From contig NC_052171.1 of NCBI RefSeq assembly GCF_902713615.1, positions 19,379,952-19,443,951 of the forward strand: a DNA stretch of 64,000 nucleotides. The letters are read 5' to 3'. This DNA is from Scyliorhinus canicula. Taxonomy: Eukaryota. The notes under the pieces are model-generated. The model made no database searches and had not been told where the DNA came from. It worked only from the letters and a program-made list of their open reading frames with translations. Positions 12,478 to 25,600 of this stretch are shown piece after piece. Position 1 is the stretch's first letter, and each line of letters opens with the position of its first letter. The position numbers and the translations under genes were made by a program.

Positions 12478-14339
12478 AATCTTACTGAATGGCACAGCAG
12501 GTTCGACTGCTGCCATGTTGACATAGGTTGAGTGGTACTACAGAAACACCCGTGAGAAGGGACCAAACGTTGTTAATTACCTGCCCTGACACTCTGCCCT
12601 GATTTTCACTCCTCTTCAAATACTTCCCTTTCAGCCACGAGACGGGAAGGTTGAGGAACAGCCGTCATTTTCAGCGGGCCGAAGGTGGAGTGGCCCCACA
12701 CTGCCGATGCTGTGAGAAAGAGCTTCTCTTTGTAACTAGGAGCCTGGAACTCGCTGCCGAGGAGGGTACAGGGAGCAGAGGTGGATCAATCGTCTGGAGA
12801 GGAAATTGGAAAAACAGGTGAAGGAAGAGTGCGATGGGGACAGAGCGAGGGAGTGGCACTGAGGGGGGAAATACGGGGGGGGGGGGGGTTCCAGCGGGTG
12901 AAGAGGCTTGTATCTGCCTGCCTTCCCAATCAGTCAAACTCGTGAGAAAGGTTGGTGGATGGCGCGCACAGTGCCGTGATTGCCTGCGACGTCTGGGCGA
13001 ACCGTCGGATCATCTACCCGAGGAATGATCAGACAGTGGAGACTTCAGGCTGAATCAAGTGGCAAGTATTTCACTTGCTGAAGGGTGCGTGCTAGCTGAG
13101 CGACGCATGCAGCCAGACTGTAGCTTCCTGCAAATGTGCCTGAGCTATGTGTCATGTCGGTGTTGCTGTTTTGTCCATCTTTGTGACTGGTTTATCAGTC
13201 AGAGCTGAATTTCTGTCCCTCGAATAAAAATGCCTTTTAAAAAAAAAAAAATGATGAGTTGGGGAAGAGGAGAAGGGAGAGGGCAGCCCTCGCACGAACT
13301 GTCAATCCCTTGTGCCGTATTTGGCCGCCATGTCAGTGCAGAGGCCCAGTGAGCAGAGCTGTGGAAAGAGTCAGGGAGGCGTTGGCACAGTGGGATTGTC
13401 ACGGGGTCGGCGTTCCATAGATCCGGGGTAACGTTCCAGGGAGCCGGTTTCAGATCCCTCCCCAGCAGAGGGTGAAATTTGAACTGAATAGAAATCAGGA
13501 ATGAAAGGGCGAGCGAGTATGTTATTGCCAGTGGTGCTCCCTTCATGTCCGACCTTCATGTGTGACTCCAGACCAATGTGGTTCTGTCCACGTGTCTTAC
13601 GGCTGACGAACTGTTTCTCCAACTTTTCTTTTCTCCCCAGGACCCACTGTGACCAACCGGCTGCCCTTAGCGCGCACCTTTTACTGTGAAAGGGGAGTCT
13701 CCTTGATCTTCACCATCTCGCTCCAATCAGGTCCACGGGAGGAGAGGGCAATGCGCATATCGGGTGCAGACCTCAACCACTTCCTTTATGCCATCTTCGC
13801 CTCTTGTGTGAATGGGAAATCCAACCTCGCGCGTAGAGGTCGTCGTGAAGGGCAACAAAATGCTTGTTTTACTCAGCACCGGATACTCCTGGGAGATGCT
13901 GCTCCAGAATTCTGACCGCCTTGTGGGCTTTTTGGCGAGTTTTTAATGTGCTGCCCCTGCTCCGGTATAGCAGCACAGTCTTCTCATTTGGAGTCAGTTG
14001 TAAGTTAATAACCAGACTCTGGGGCCTCAACCTCAAGAGGAATTTTTCACCCACCACTTCTTTTTCAATCTGAAACTTCTCTCAGATGTACGGGCCATAG
14101 AGTTTTACAGCACACAGGCCCTTCGGCCCATCATGTCTGTGCTGGCCATCAAGCACCTACCTATTCTAATCCCTAGCACTTGGCTTGTAGCCGTGTACGC
14201 TGTGACATTTGAACCGCTCCTCTAAATGCTTCTTAAATGTTGGGTTCCTGCCTCCCCACCCACCCCCTTTCAGGCAGTGAGTATGGGTGAAACAGGTTTT
14301 CCTCAAATTCCTTCTTAATCTCCCACACCCCGCTACCAG

Positions 14340-14686
14340 CGGGGAAACATTGAGATGGAGTGGACGTGGAGAAGATGCTTCCACTGGTGGGCGAGGTTAG
14401 AACCCAAGGGCCTCAGACTAAAGGGACGATCCGTTAAAACTGAGATGAGGAGGAATTTCTTCAGCCAGAGGGTGGGTGAATCTGTGGAACTCTTTGCCGC
14501 AGAAGGCTGAGGAGGCCAAATCACTGAGTGTCTTTGAGACAGAGACGGATAGGTACTTGATTAATAAGGGGATCAGGGGTTATGGGGAGAAGGCAGGAGA
14601 ATGGGAATTTGAAAAAGATCAGCCATGATTGAATGGCGGAGCGGACTCGATGGGCCGAATGGCCTAATTCTGCTCCTTATGGTCTT
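14340..14686 (+). mobile_element. CR1 LINE 3' end
   Basis: RRNFFSQRV-type ORF2 C-terminus and GGGCCGAATGGCCT 3' UTR hairpin. Confidence 0.8.
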
Positions 14687-15638
14687 CATGCGTAACGACC
14701 TGATTTCCACCCTTGGTTCACAGCACACAGAAGCTGCTGAGGGACAGACAGGCCATATCGGTCACCACCTACATCATTTTTAGCTCACACATGGTGAGCA
14801 CAGTCAGATATCCCTGGCTGCGGGCGTGTTCTGGGTGGGCCGCCAATGCAAGACAGTCATTCAGAAATGGAATGGAGAAATCAGGAGGAGCCCCTCTCCC
14901 CACGGCGTGCTGAGAATGTGGAGCTCATCGCCACGGGGAAATGAGGCAGATGTATGGGAGGGGGAACGGGACCAACACATGAGGGGGAATGGCCACGGTG
15001 AGAAGAGAGGCAAGGTTGATGTGCCGCATTAACTCCAGCCAGGCCGAGTTGGGCTGAATGGCCTGCTCATGTGCTTCCATGTCAGAGGTTCGGTTCACAT
15101 GGAATAACGGCAGGAATACAGGATGTGTGGGCTTTTGTTTCAGTGAGTGAATCAACACTGCACGTCATTAATCGCTGTGACTCACTTTCTCTGTCATTGC
15201 AAAGGGAGTCGTGAAATACTGACTGACCAGCCAGTTAGTGCCTTTGATCCAACTTTGTGTCTTCCAGAGAGATTCAGGAATAAAAAGGCAATGGGCCAAC
15301 CTCCCGGCTCACTGTCTGTTGTCACGGAGAGTAAAGTCAACAGTTTAATGGTGTTGCCCCCCCCCCCCCCCCCCCCCCCAACGTGTGGGAGAAGGGTCAG
15401 CAACGCCATTCTCTCCCCGTTTGGCTACATTGTAGGGGGGAATGACACTGCCCATGGACGGGAGGTGGAAGCTCACTTAACGATCGAGGCACCCTTTCAA
15501 AATGGTGGCCCAATCGCTTGAGGAGCCGATCTGTCCAGTGCGTTCTGCGCCCAGTCATGAAAATAATTCAACGTGTGTGTGCTAGCCCAGTGAGAACTCC
15601 CCAGGGCCCAGAAAGGTGACTAAATGTAGTTAGATAGC

Positions 15639-16001
15639 TGTGGTGAATGTGATTCACACTATATATAGTTGCCAATATCACTCCATGTATATATGTTCGT
15701 TATCTACCCGTTGTAAGTTTAATGCTGTATATAGTTGCCAATATAACTCCGTGTGTATATATGTTCACTATCCACCATTGTAAGTGCAATTGCACTATCC
15801 GACCACCAGGGGGAGCCTCTCTGGGAGTACGTGAGAGTTTGTACTGGGCTCCTCCCTTGGTTCCGCCCAGGACTCCTCCCCTGGGACCGCTGTATAAAGA
15901 TCAGTGCCTTAGAGCCAGCCTGCCAGTTCATCTGAAGTTCAACGACGAATAGGCTGGCTCTGTTGTAAGTGTATTAAAGCCTCTGTTCAGATCCAACTAC
16001 A
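15639..16001 (+). mobile_element. Solo LTR
   Basis: TGTGGT...ACTACA termini, internal ~60-bp direct repeat, TATAAA and ATTAAA. No clear TSD. Confidence 0.6.
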
Positions 16002-16449
16002 TTGGTTCCATCAATAGCGATGGCAAGCTTGCCATCAGAGCCAGTGGGAAACTCCCAAAAAAAAACCCATCACAAATGACACTTTCCCGTCAAATCACGT
16101 CTAATGTTTCCAGGTACAAAGGTCAATGACTTTCTTCAATTTCTCCTCCGGCTGACTTGGCTTCAATATCTTTCCCTCTCCTTGTCCTCTCCGTGTGGTT
16201 CTGGCATCTGGTCAGTGAATCATTCTTTATCCTTGAAGGCTTTCAGCAGTCAACCCTCCAAATGGATCTGCTATCCACATGTACTACACATTCTCACACA
16301 CACACACACACACTTGTGGACACACACTCTCCCCGCAATCTCCTCTCACACTCTCTCTCAGTTGCCTGCACACTTTCTCTCTCTCACACACTCATACTTC
16401 TTGTTGAAATGATCAATGAGAGTTGAGAATGTGACCACTGTGAGATATC

Positions 16450-16455
16450 TTTATT
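16450..16455 (-). terminator. Polyadenylation signal AATAAA of MSMB-like gene A
   Basis: About 110 nt downstream of the stop codon, at the position of AGTAAA in genes B and C. Confidence 0.7.
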
Positions 16456-16561
16456 GGAACCGAGATGTTTTAATGGAGAAACCGGGATTTCTCATCCCCC
16501 ACGATCCATGGATCTACCAAGGCGCTGATTGGTTCATATTGAAAAACAATGATTTATATTC

Positions 16562-16682
16562 TCATTTCCGAGCACTGGTACAGTCTTCTGCATGATTATC
16601 TGACTTGTAGACCTTGTAGCTACAAGTCGTCTTGTCTAGCAATGGGATACACCCTGCTGGAACATCAGTTGGAGCCAAACTC
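16562..16682 (-). CDS. msmb: MSMB-like gene A exon 4
   Basis: TTTCCAG| acceptor; SLAPTDVPAGCIPLLDKTTCSYKVYKSDNHAEDCTSARK*. Confidence 0.88.
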
Positions 16683-19600
16683 CTGGAAATCACAGAGACA
16701 TAATACATCAGAAATATCCCATCAGCAGGGTTCACTTTCTGCTGGACTGTTAACACTGGACAATGTCATCACCCGCCCCGAGGAATTGATGAACACATAT
16801 TGAAAAATTCCATGTTACCCTCGATGCCCCATAAGAATATTCCCTCCCTCCATCCATACCCTCCCTCCATCTCCACCCTCCTTCCGTCCACCCTCTCTCC
16901 GTCTCCACCCTCCCTCCATCTCCACCCTCCCTCCATCCCCACACTCCCTCCATCTCCACCCTCCCTCCATCTCCACCCTCCCTCCATCTCCACCCTCCCT
17001 CCATCTCCACCCCCTCTCCGTCTCCACCCTCTCTCCATCTCCACCCTCCCTCCGTCTCCACCCTCTCTCCGTCTCCACCCTCTCTCCGTCTCCACCCTCC
17101 CTCCATCTCCACCCTCCCTCCGTCTCCACCCTCTCTCCGTCTCCACCCTACTTCCATCCACACCCTCCCTCCGTCTCCACCCTCTCTCCGTCTCCACCCT
17201 CTCTCCGTCTCCACCCTCCCTCCGTCTCCACCCTCCCTCCATCTCCACCCTCTCTCCATCTCCACCCTCCCTCCGTCTCCACCCTCTCTCCGTCTCCACC
17301 CTCTCTCCGTCTCCACCCTCCCTCCATCTCCACCCTCCCTCCGTCTCCACCCTCTCTCCGTCTCCACCCTACTTCCATCCACACCCTCCCTCCATCTCCA
17401 CCCTCCCTCCATCTCCACCCCCTCTCTCCGTCTCCACCCTCCCTCCGTCTCCACCCTCCCTCCGTCTCCACCCTCTCTCCATCTCCACCCTCCTTCCATC
17501 CACACCCTCCCTCCATCCACACCCTCCCTCCAACCACACCCTCCCTCCATCCACACCCTCCCTCCAACCACACCCTCCCTCCATCCCCACACTCTCTCCA
17601 TCTCCACCCTCCCTCCGTCTCTATCCTCCCTCCGTCTCTATCCTCCCTCCGTCCCCACCTTCCCTCCGTCTCCACCCTCCCTCCGTCCCCACCTTCTCTC
17701 CGTCTCCACCTTCTCTCCGTCTCCACCCTCCCTCCGTCTCCACCCTCCCTCCGTCTCCACCCTCCCTCCGTCTCCACCCTCTCTCCGTCTCCACCCTCTC
17801 TCCGTCTCCACCCTCTCTCCGTCTCCACCCTCTCTCCGTCTCCACCCTCTCTCCGCCTCCACCCTCTCTCCGTCTCCACCCTCCCTCCGTCTCTATCCTC
17901 CCTCCGTCTCCACCCTCCCTTCGTCCCCACCTTCTCCGCTCCACCCTCCCTCCGTCTCCACCCTCCCTCCGTCTCCACCCTCTCTCCGTCTCCACCCTCC
18001 CTCCGTCTCCACCCTCTCTCCGTCTCCACCCTCCTCCGTCTCCACCCTCTCTCCGTCTCCACCCTCTCTCCGTCTCCACCCTCTCTCCGTCTCCACCCTC
18101 TCTCCGTCTCCACCCTCTCTCCGCCTCCACCCTCTCTCCGTCTCCACCCTCCCTCCGTCTCTATCCTCCCTCCGTCTCCACCCTCCCTTCGTCCCCACCT
18201 TCTCTCCGTCTCCACCCTCCCTCCGTCTCCACCCTCCCTCCGTCTCCACCCTCTCTCCGTCTCCACCCTCCCTCCGTCTCCACCCTCTCTCCGTCTCCAC
18301 CCTCTCTCCGTCTCCACCCTCTCTCCGTCTCCACCCTCTCTCCGTCTCCACCCTCTCTCCGCCTCCACCCTCTCTCCGTCTCCACCCTCCCTCCGTCTCT
18401 ATCCTCCCTCCGTCTCCACCCTCCCTTCGTCCCCACCTTCTCTCCGTCTCCACCCTCCCTCCGTCTCCACCCTCCCTCCGTCTCCACCCTCTCTCCGTCT
18501 CCACCCTCTCTCCGTCTCCACCCTCTCTCCGTCTCCACCCTCCCTCCGTCTCTATTCTCCCTCCGTCTCTATCCTCCCTCCGTCTCCACCCTCCCTTTGT
18601 CTCCACCTTCTCTCCGTCTCCACCCTCCCTCCGTCTCCACCCTCCCTCCGTCTCCACCCTCCCTCCGTCTCCACCCTCCCTCCGTCTCCACCCTCCCTCC
18701 GTCTCCACCCTCCCTCCGTCTCCACCCTCCCTCCGTCCCCACCTTCTCTCCGTCTACACCTTCTCTCCGTCTCCACCCTCTCTCCGTCTCCACCCTCTCT
18801 CCGTCTCCACCCTCCCTCCGTCTCTATTCTCCCTCCGTCTCTATCCTCCCTCCGTCTCCACCCTCCCTTCGTCTCCACCTTCTCTCCGTCTCCACCCTCC
18901 CTCCGTCTCCACCCTCCCTCCGTCTCCACCCTCCCTCCGTCTCCACCCTCCCTCCGTCTCCACCCTCCGTCTCCCACCCTCCCTCCGTCTCCACCCTCCC
19001 TCCGATCTCCACCCCCCTCTCCGTCTCCACCCTCCCTCCGTCCCCACCTTCTCTCCGTCCCCACCTTCTCTCCGTCTACACCTTCTCTCCGTCTCCACCC
19101 TCCCTCCGTCTCCACTCTCCCTCCGTCCCCACCTTCTCTCCGTCTCCACCCTCCCTCCGTCTCCACCCTCCCTCCGTCCCCACCCTCCCTCCGTCTCCAC
19201 CCTCCCTCCGTCTCCACCCTCCCTCCGTCTCCACCCTTCCTCCGTCTCCACCCTCCCTCCGTCTCCACCCTCCCTCCGTCCCCACCCTCCCTCCGTCCCC
19301 ACCCTCCCTCCGTCCCCACCCTCCCTCCGTCTCCACCCTCCCTCCGTCTCCACCCTCCCTCCGTCTCCACCCTCTCTCCGTCTCCACCCTCTCTCCGTCT
19401 CCACCCTCTCTCCGTCTCCACCCTCCCTCCATCTCCACCCTCCCTCCGTCTCCACCCTCCCTCCGTCTCCACCCTCCTCTCCGTCTCCACCCTCTCTCCG
19501 TCTCCACCCTCTCTCCGTCTCCACCCTCCCTCCGTCTCCACCCTCCCTCCGTCTCCACCCTCTCTCCGTCTCCACCCTCTCTCCGTCTCCACCCTCTCTC

Positions 19601-22600
19601 CGTCTCCACCCTCTCTCCGTCTCCACCCTCTCTCCGTCTCCACCCTCTCTCCGTCTCGACCCTCTCTCCGTCTCCACCCTCTCTCCGTCTCCACCCTCCC
19701 TCCCTCCGTCTCCACCCTCCCTCCGTCTCCACCCTCCCTCCATCTCCACCCTCTCTCCTGCTAATGCAAATAGAACATAGAACATAGAACAGTACAGCAC
19801 AGAACAGGCCCTTCGGCCCTCAATGTTGTGCCGAGCTATGATCACCCTACTCAAACCCACGTATCCACCCTATACCCGTAACCCAACAACCCCCCCTTAA
19901 CCTTACTTTTATTAGGACACTATGGGCAATTTAGCATGGCCAATCCACCTAACCCGCACATCTTTGGACTGTGGGAGGAAACCGGAGCACCCGGAGGAAA
20001 CCCACGCACACAGGGGGAGGACGTGCAGACTCCACACAGACAGTGACCCAGCCGGGAATCGAACCTGGGACCCTGGAGCTGTGAAGCATTTATGCTAACC
20101 ACCATGCTACCGTGCTGCCCCAAATCTGGGGTAGACTGTGACATCTCCGAGTCTCCATTCTGCTGAGCAGAAGACCGTCCTTCCCGGGATTATTTTCTAC
20201 CCGGAACATGTGGAATATTCCTTGTCGCGACAGCAACATGACATCACCAGAATGGCGCAGTGTCATGTGTCCCAGTCTTTGTTTTGTCTGTGACTGTTGG
20301 CAGAACACAGCACAGCTCTGATATCGACAACCTATCTCCTTTTGTAGAAATTTCCCCATGTGTATGGTCTCTACATCCGGCCCACAAGGTGGTTCCACAA
20401 TCACCAACAAGGCAGGACTGACCTCCAGGTCTGGCTGTGAAATCCAACCCACTTTCAGCTTTAATAAGAAACATTCATGCAGAGATTTCCGAGGTACAGA
20501 ACTTACATTGAGCAACACTTCACCCATTCACCCGTGCAGCGACAATTCTGACAGTCTGAGTTTCTCCAGGAATCCCCGACGTCACACAATGATCCATCTT
20601 GACATTGACATTTCTTTGATGCTGGAATTCCAATTGGATTTGGAGAGGAGAGTGATGAGAGAAAAGGGGAAAGAGATTGACATTAGTCTGTCACTGTCAC
20701 ATCAAAGTCTGAAGAAGTATAATGGGGCAACTTTGACCTTTGTGCTTTGGAAGGATTGCCTGGGCAGCTGGATCAGTTTAATGTCCATCCCTGGGCTCCC
20801 TGGATCTGGGAAGAGCCAAGTTCCTTTTCCAGGAGGATCCATCCCTCAGTACTTGACTGAAGCTGGAATCTCCTTTGTATTCAACGGACAAGCCTTCGGC
20901 CCCTGGAGCAGGAGCTTGCTGGTTCGGCAATGCGGAATATTGGCCCATTTCTTCCCAGAGCCTCGCGGGAGGGGAGGACGTGAAAGTCAATCCCTGAGGG
21001 AAGGCTCCATGTGGCTTGGGGGGGATCGTTTGAGAGGCCGGGCCTCCACCATGATATCATTGGGGTCTGCAGCCATTGACCACTCAGCTGGTGAGGTTGG
21101 GCGGTCAATTCCCAGACTTTGCTCATGTCCCCACCCAGAGGGAGTCTAGGGTTTGGAAAGGTTGAGTAGGTACCTCGATTAGAGTCTGTCTGACGTTCCT
21201 TTTGACAGGCTGATTCTCCATGTCCCACAGCCAGGAGCAGAAGGGTAACGCACACCAAGACTTTCTGTTGGGTTAGGTTGGAGGTGGAGGGAATGAAGAG
21301 AGAACACATTGAGGAATTAACTCATTCACTCAGTTTACAGTCATTCCCAATCGTTATCATTCAGAGCGTTGCTCAAGAAACCACCCAGAGAATTCCAGAG
21401 GCAATTGGGAACATTTCTTGTGGCGAGGATTGTGGGATAAGGTTTGCATGACCAGTCAAAGAGCGAGTGGAACAAGGAATCTATTTCTCAATCCTTTTTT
21501 AAAAATATTTTTATGAGGGCTTTGTCATTTCATTGTGAATTTTAAATAACGAGTCAGGACCAACACACGTATTTACAAACTTGTACATCAACTGTGGTTC
21601 AGGCAGTCATTTGGAAGCAAATTGTCCTGTGGCATTATAGAAATGTTCAGTCTACAGGACGCTTCCAGATGGAGAAGGTGGTGGCAGATCAGGGTGGTAG
21701 ATATGTGATTGTGACGGGGTGCTGGAGGGGAGATTAGTGGCGCTGTTAAGTGTATATGGTCCCAATTGGGACGATGTGGGATTTGCGAAGAAGGTGTTTG
21801 GGGCCATTTCCGACTTGGACACACACGAGCTGATTGTGTGGGGGGGGGGACTGGAACTTGGTGTAGGAGCCAAGGTTGGACAGATCACGGCCGGGCTCGC
21901 TGGTCCCATCTGGGGGGGGGGGGGCTAATGGTGGCAAAGGGAGGTTCCTGCATCCAAGGGAACGGGAGTACTCGTTTTTCTCAGCAGTCCATAAGGTATA
22001 CTCGCGAATCGACATTTTTATGGTGGGAAAGGCTTTGCTGGCTGGGGCAAAGGGGTCGGAATACTCTGCAATTGCAGGGTCAGATCATGCTCCGCATTGG
22101 GTGGATATGGTACTGGAGAAGGGGGTCGCGCAGAGGCTGGGGTGGAAATTAGATGTGAGACTTTTGGGGGACCAAGGGTTCTGTGACAAAATTGAAAAGG
22201 TAATTGAGGAAGATGTAGGTTTCAGCTTTACGGGTGAGGTGTCGAAGGCAGTTGTCTGGGAGGCTCTAAAGGCGGTGGTGAGGGGGGAGGTGATTTTGTT
22301 TAAGGCCAGGGTGGACAAAGAGGAGAGGTTGGAGCGGCAGAGGGTAATAGAACAAAGAACAAAGAACATTACAGCACAGGAACAGGCCCTTCGGCCCTCC
22401 CAGCCTGCGCCGATCCAGATCCTTTATCTAAACCTGTCTCCTATTTTCCAAGGTCTACTTCCCTCTGTTCCCCGCCCATTCATATACCTGTCTAGATGCC
22501 TCTTAAATGATGCTATTGTGCCCGCCTCTACCACCTCCGCTGGTAAAGCGTTCCTGGCACCCACCACCCTCTGCGTAAAAAACTTTCCACGCACATCTCC

Positions 22601-25600
22601 CTTAAACTTTCCCCCTCTCACTTTGAAATCGTGATCACTTGTAACTGACACCCCCACTCTTGGAAAAATCTTGTTGCTATCCACCTTGTCCATACCTCTC
22701 ATAATTTTGTAGACCTCAATCAGGTCCCCCCTCAACCTCCGTCTTTCCAATGAAAACAATCCTAATCTACTCAACCTTTCTTCATAGCTAACACCCTCCA
22801 TACCAGGCCTGAACCTCCTCTGCACCCGCTCCAAAGCATCCACATCCTTCTGGTGATGTGGCGACCAGAACTGCACACAGTATTCCAAATGTGGCCTAAC
22901 CAAAGTCCTATACAACTGTAACATGACCTGCCGACTCTTGTACTCAATACCCCGCCCGATGAAGGCAAGCATGCTATATGCCTTCTTGACCACTCTATCA
23001 ACCTGCGTTGCCACCTTTTCCCCAGGACCCTTCCATTGACCATATAGTCCACACTTGAATTTGATCTTCCAAAATGCATCACCTCGCATTTGCCTGGATT
23101 GAACTCTATCTGCCATTTCTCTACCCAACTCTCCAATCTATCTATATTTTGTTGTATTCTCTGACAGTCCTCCTCGCTATCTGCAACTCCATCAATCTTT
23201 GTATCATCTGCAAACTTGCTAATCAGTAATAGAACAGTACAGCACAGAACAGGCCCCTCGGCCCCCGATGTTGTGCCGAGCAACGACCACCCCACTCAAA
23301 CCCACGCATCCACCCCATACCCGCAACCCCCTCCCCCTTGAACCTTACTCCCTAGGACACCACGGGCAATTTAGCATGGCCGATCCACCTAACCCGCACA
23401 TCTTTGGACTGTGGGAGGAAACCGGAGCACCCGGAGGAAACCCACGCAGACATGGGGAGGACGTGCAGACTCCGCACAGACAGTGACCCAGCCGGGAATC
23501 GAACCTGGGACCCTGGAGCTGTGAAGCATTTATGCTAACCACCATGCTACCATGCTGCTAGATGAGATGGTGGAGGTAGAAAATTGTACAAAACAGTTAG
23601 ATTACTTATGATATGTGTATCTATACAAGTGATGATGATATTGGATATTTTACAAAGCCAGTTGATATTTATGAGTCCAATCTTAATAAAAACATTGATG
23701 AGTCCAAACTTGATGAATTTGTTCATTGAGTTTTTTTCTTTTTTGTTGTTGACGTGGTGATATTGATATTGCAACTCCGTTGTGAATGTTGTCGGTATTC
23801 TTGTTTTTTTTTGTAACCAATAAGTCATCCCGAGGTGTTTGAATGGTCGAACCACTGATGTTGACTGGCATGGACTTTTTTCTGTGCTTGTGGTATCGAT
23901 TTAGTGTGTCATCTGCCTTGAAAGCTGGTGTGCTTGCTTGTTCTGGAGCAGATGCGAGTTTGTGCGATTCGTTGTCATCCCATGGCATGTTTGTAGTCTT
24001 GTCATTATTTTGCAGTGTGCTGTGGCATTGTCCTTCATGTGCAGAGTTGTACCATTTTGTACAGGTCGTTGTTTCATTGTTGTTGTTTCTGTCGTTTCTG
24101 TCTTGTTTTCGTTGTCGTTCTTGTTGTTGTTTTTGTCGTTTCTGTCTTTCTTGTTTTCGCTGTCTTTTTTGTTGATTCTGTTTTTGTTGTTTTCGTCGTT
24201 GTTCTTGTTGTGCTTGTTGTTGTCTTTGTTATGTTTCTTGTTGTTTTTGTTGTTCTTCTTGTAGTTTTTGTTATTGTGCTTGTAGTTTTTGTTGTTGCTG
24301 TTGTTCTTGTTTCTGCAGTGTTTCTTGCGGTTTTTGTTGTTCTTGTTGTGCTCAGTGAGTGTCCCATGTGGATAATTTGAGTAATTGTCACAGTTATTGG
24401 TGCGAGTGTCCTTTGTGGGATCTGTTGCATTGAACGTTTCGTCTAGAGAATGGTGAGAATGATCTGATGTTGCATTGACGTTGGTGACATCAGTCATTTG
24501 TGGTGGATTTACTTACTCTTCTTTGCTTTCTTGGTGCTCCTCTTTTGGAGTCAAAATCTTCACGATTTCATTTTCTTGTTGGTCTTGGTGCTCCTCTTCT
24601 GGAGTCAAAATCTTCACTATTTCAATTGACGTGGTCTCTCTGGACTCATGAGTAGCCTTCCTCTGTGCTTCTGTACAACGAGCTGAGATCTGTCAGTCTC
24701 GCTGTGATCCTGCACCTCCTGTACGTCGAGTGTGGTCACCTTGTCACTGTTTTTGCATGCAGTGGGTAGATTTACCTTGTCTTCTTCTTGATTATGTCAG
24801 CTTGGTAGACTTTCATAGTCTGCTTGCGGTTGCTCAGATACGGCGGGTTGACCTTCATGGTCTTATTCATGCATGGTGTTCGCTATGGAATGTTTGCTTG
24901 CCTCCATTTTGGGGTTTTTCAATGAGCTGTCTGTGGAGGCTTGCGTCACTCTCTTTGTGGAGGCTTGTGTCGCTCTCTCTGTGGAGTCTTTCTGTGCTCT
25001 CTGTGTGGCGTCGTCTTCATCTTGGATATTGCTGTCATCCAATGTATCGACGATCTGCCATGGCACCATGGCATTGGATTCATCTACCATGAGTAGAGTC
25101 GTGTTGAGCTTTGCGACCGTGTTGCTGATGCTGTGATCAGCATATCCGAATAACTCAGCCATGTCTGAGTAGTATTGTTCGAAAAACAAATCATCTTTTT
25201 TTGTTTTTGATTTGGTATCGTTTTTTTCATCTTTTTTTGTTTTGGAATAGTTATTGTTCTCTTCACTTTGAGTGGTGCAGACTGCTTGTTCCAGGGTGTT
25301 GTGAGAGTTATTTTCAACTCCTGGTGTAAGTTCAGACGTTGTTCTGTCTTTTGAGGTAAGAAAATTGGGTTTTACAGCTTTAAGTTTCTTGTTGTCAATT
25401 TTTGGGCATTTCCCTTTTAAGTGGGCGTGGTCCGGGTCCTCTGACATCATGACGCTCGTGATGCCATGCGTAGGAATCGATTGCGCAAGCGCAAATCGAT
25501 CTTCCTTTACTGTGCGTTTTCTTTTGTCCACTGCGCATGCGCAGAACCATCTTCGACTGGTGCGATCTTTCCTTTCAACTGGGCATGCGTGACTTGTGCA

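Noticed and set aside
16750-19860. Long Pro/Ser/Leu-rich (995 aa) and Glu/Gly/Arg/Trp-rich ORFs, also at 44278-45698 and 59566-60986
   Set aside because: They are translations of a stop-free 17-bp minisatellite, open in most frames on both strands and located in MSMB intron 3.
20358-21149. 263-aa plus-strand ORF
   Set aside because: Antisense to gene A exon 3 and introns; the frame is not preserved in the B/C paralogous regions.
23901-24497. Asn/Lys-rich ORF and hydrophobic antisense ORFs
   Set aside because: Low-complexity (CAA/GAA)n sequence within a non-autonomous LTR element.
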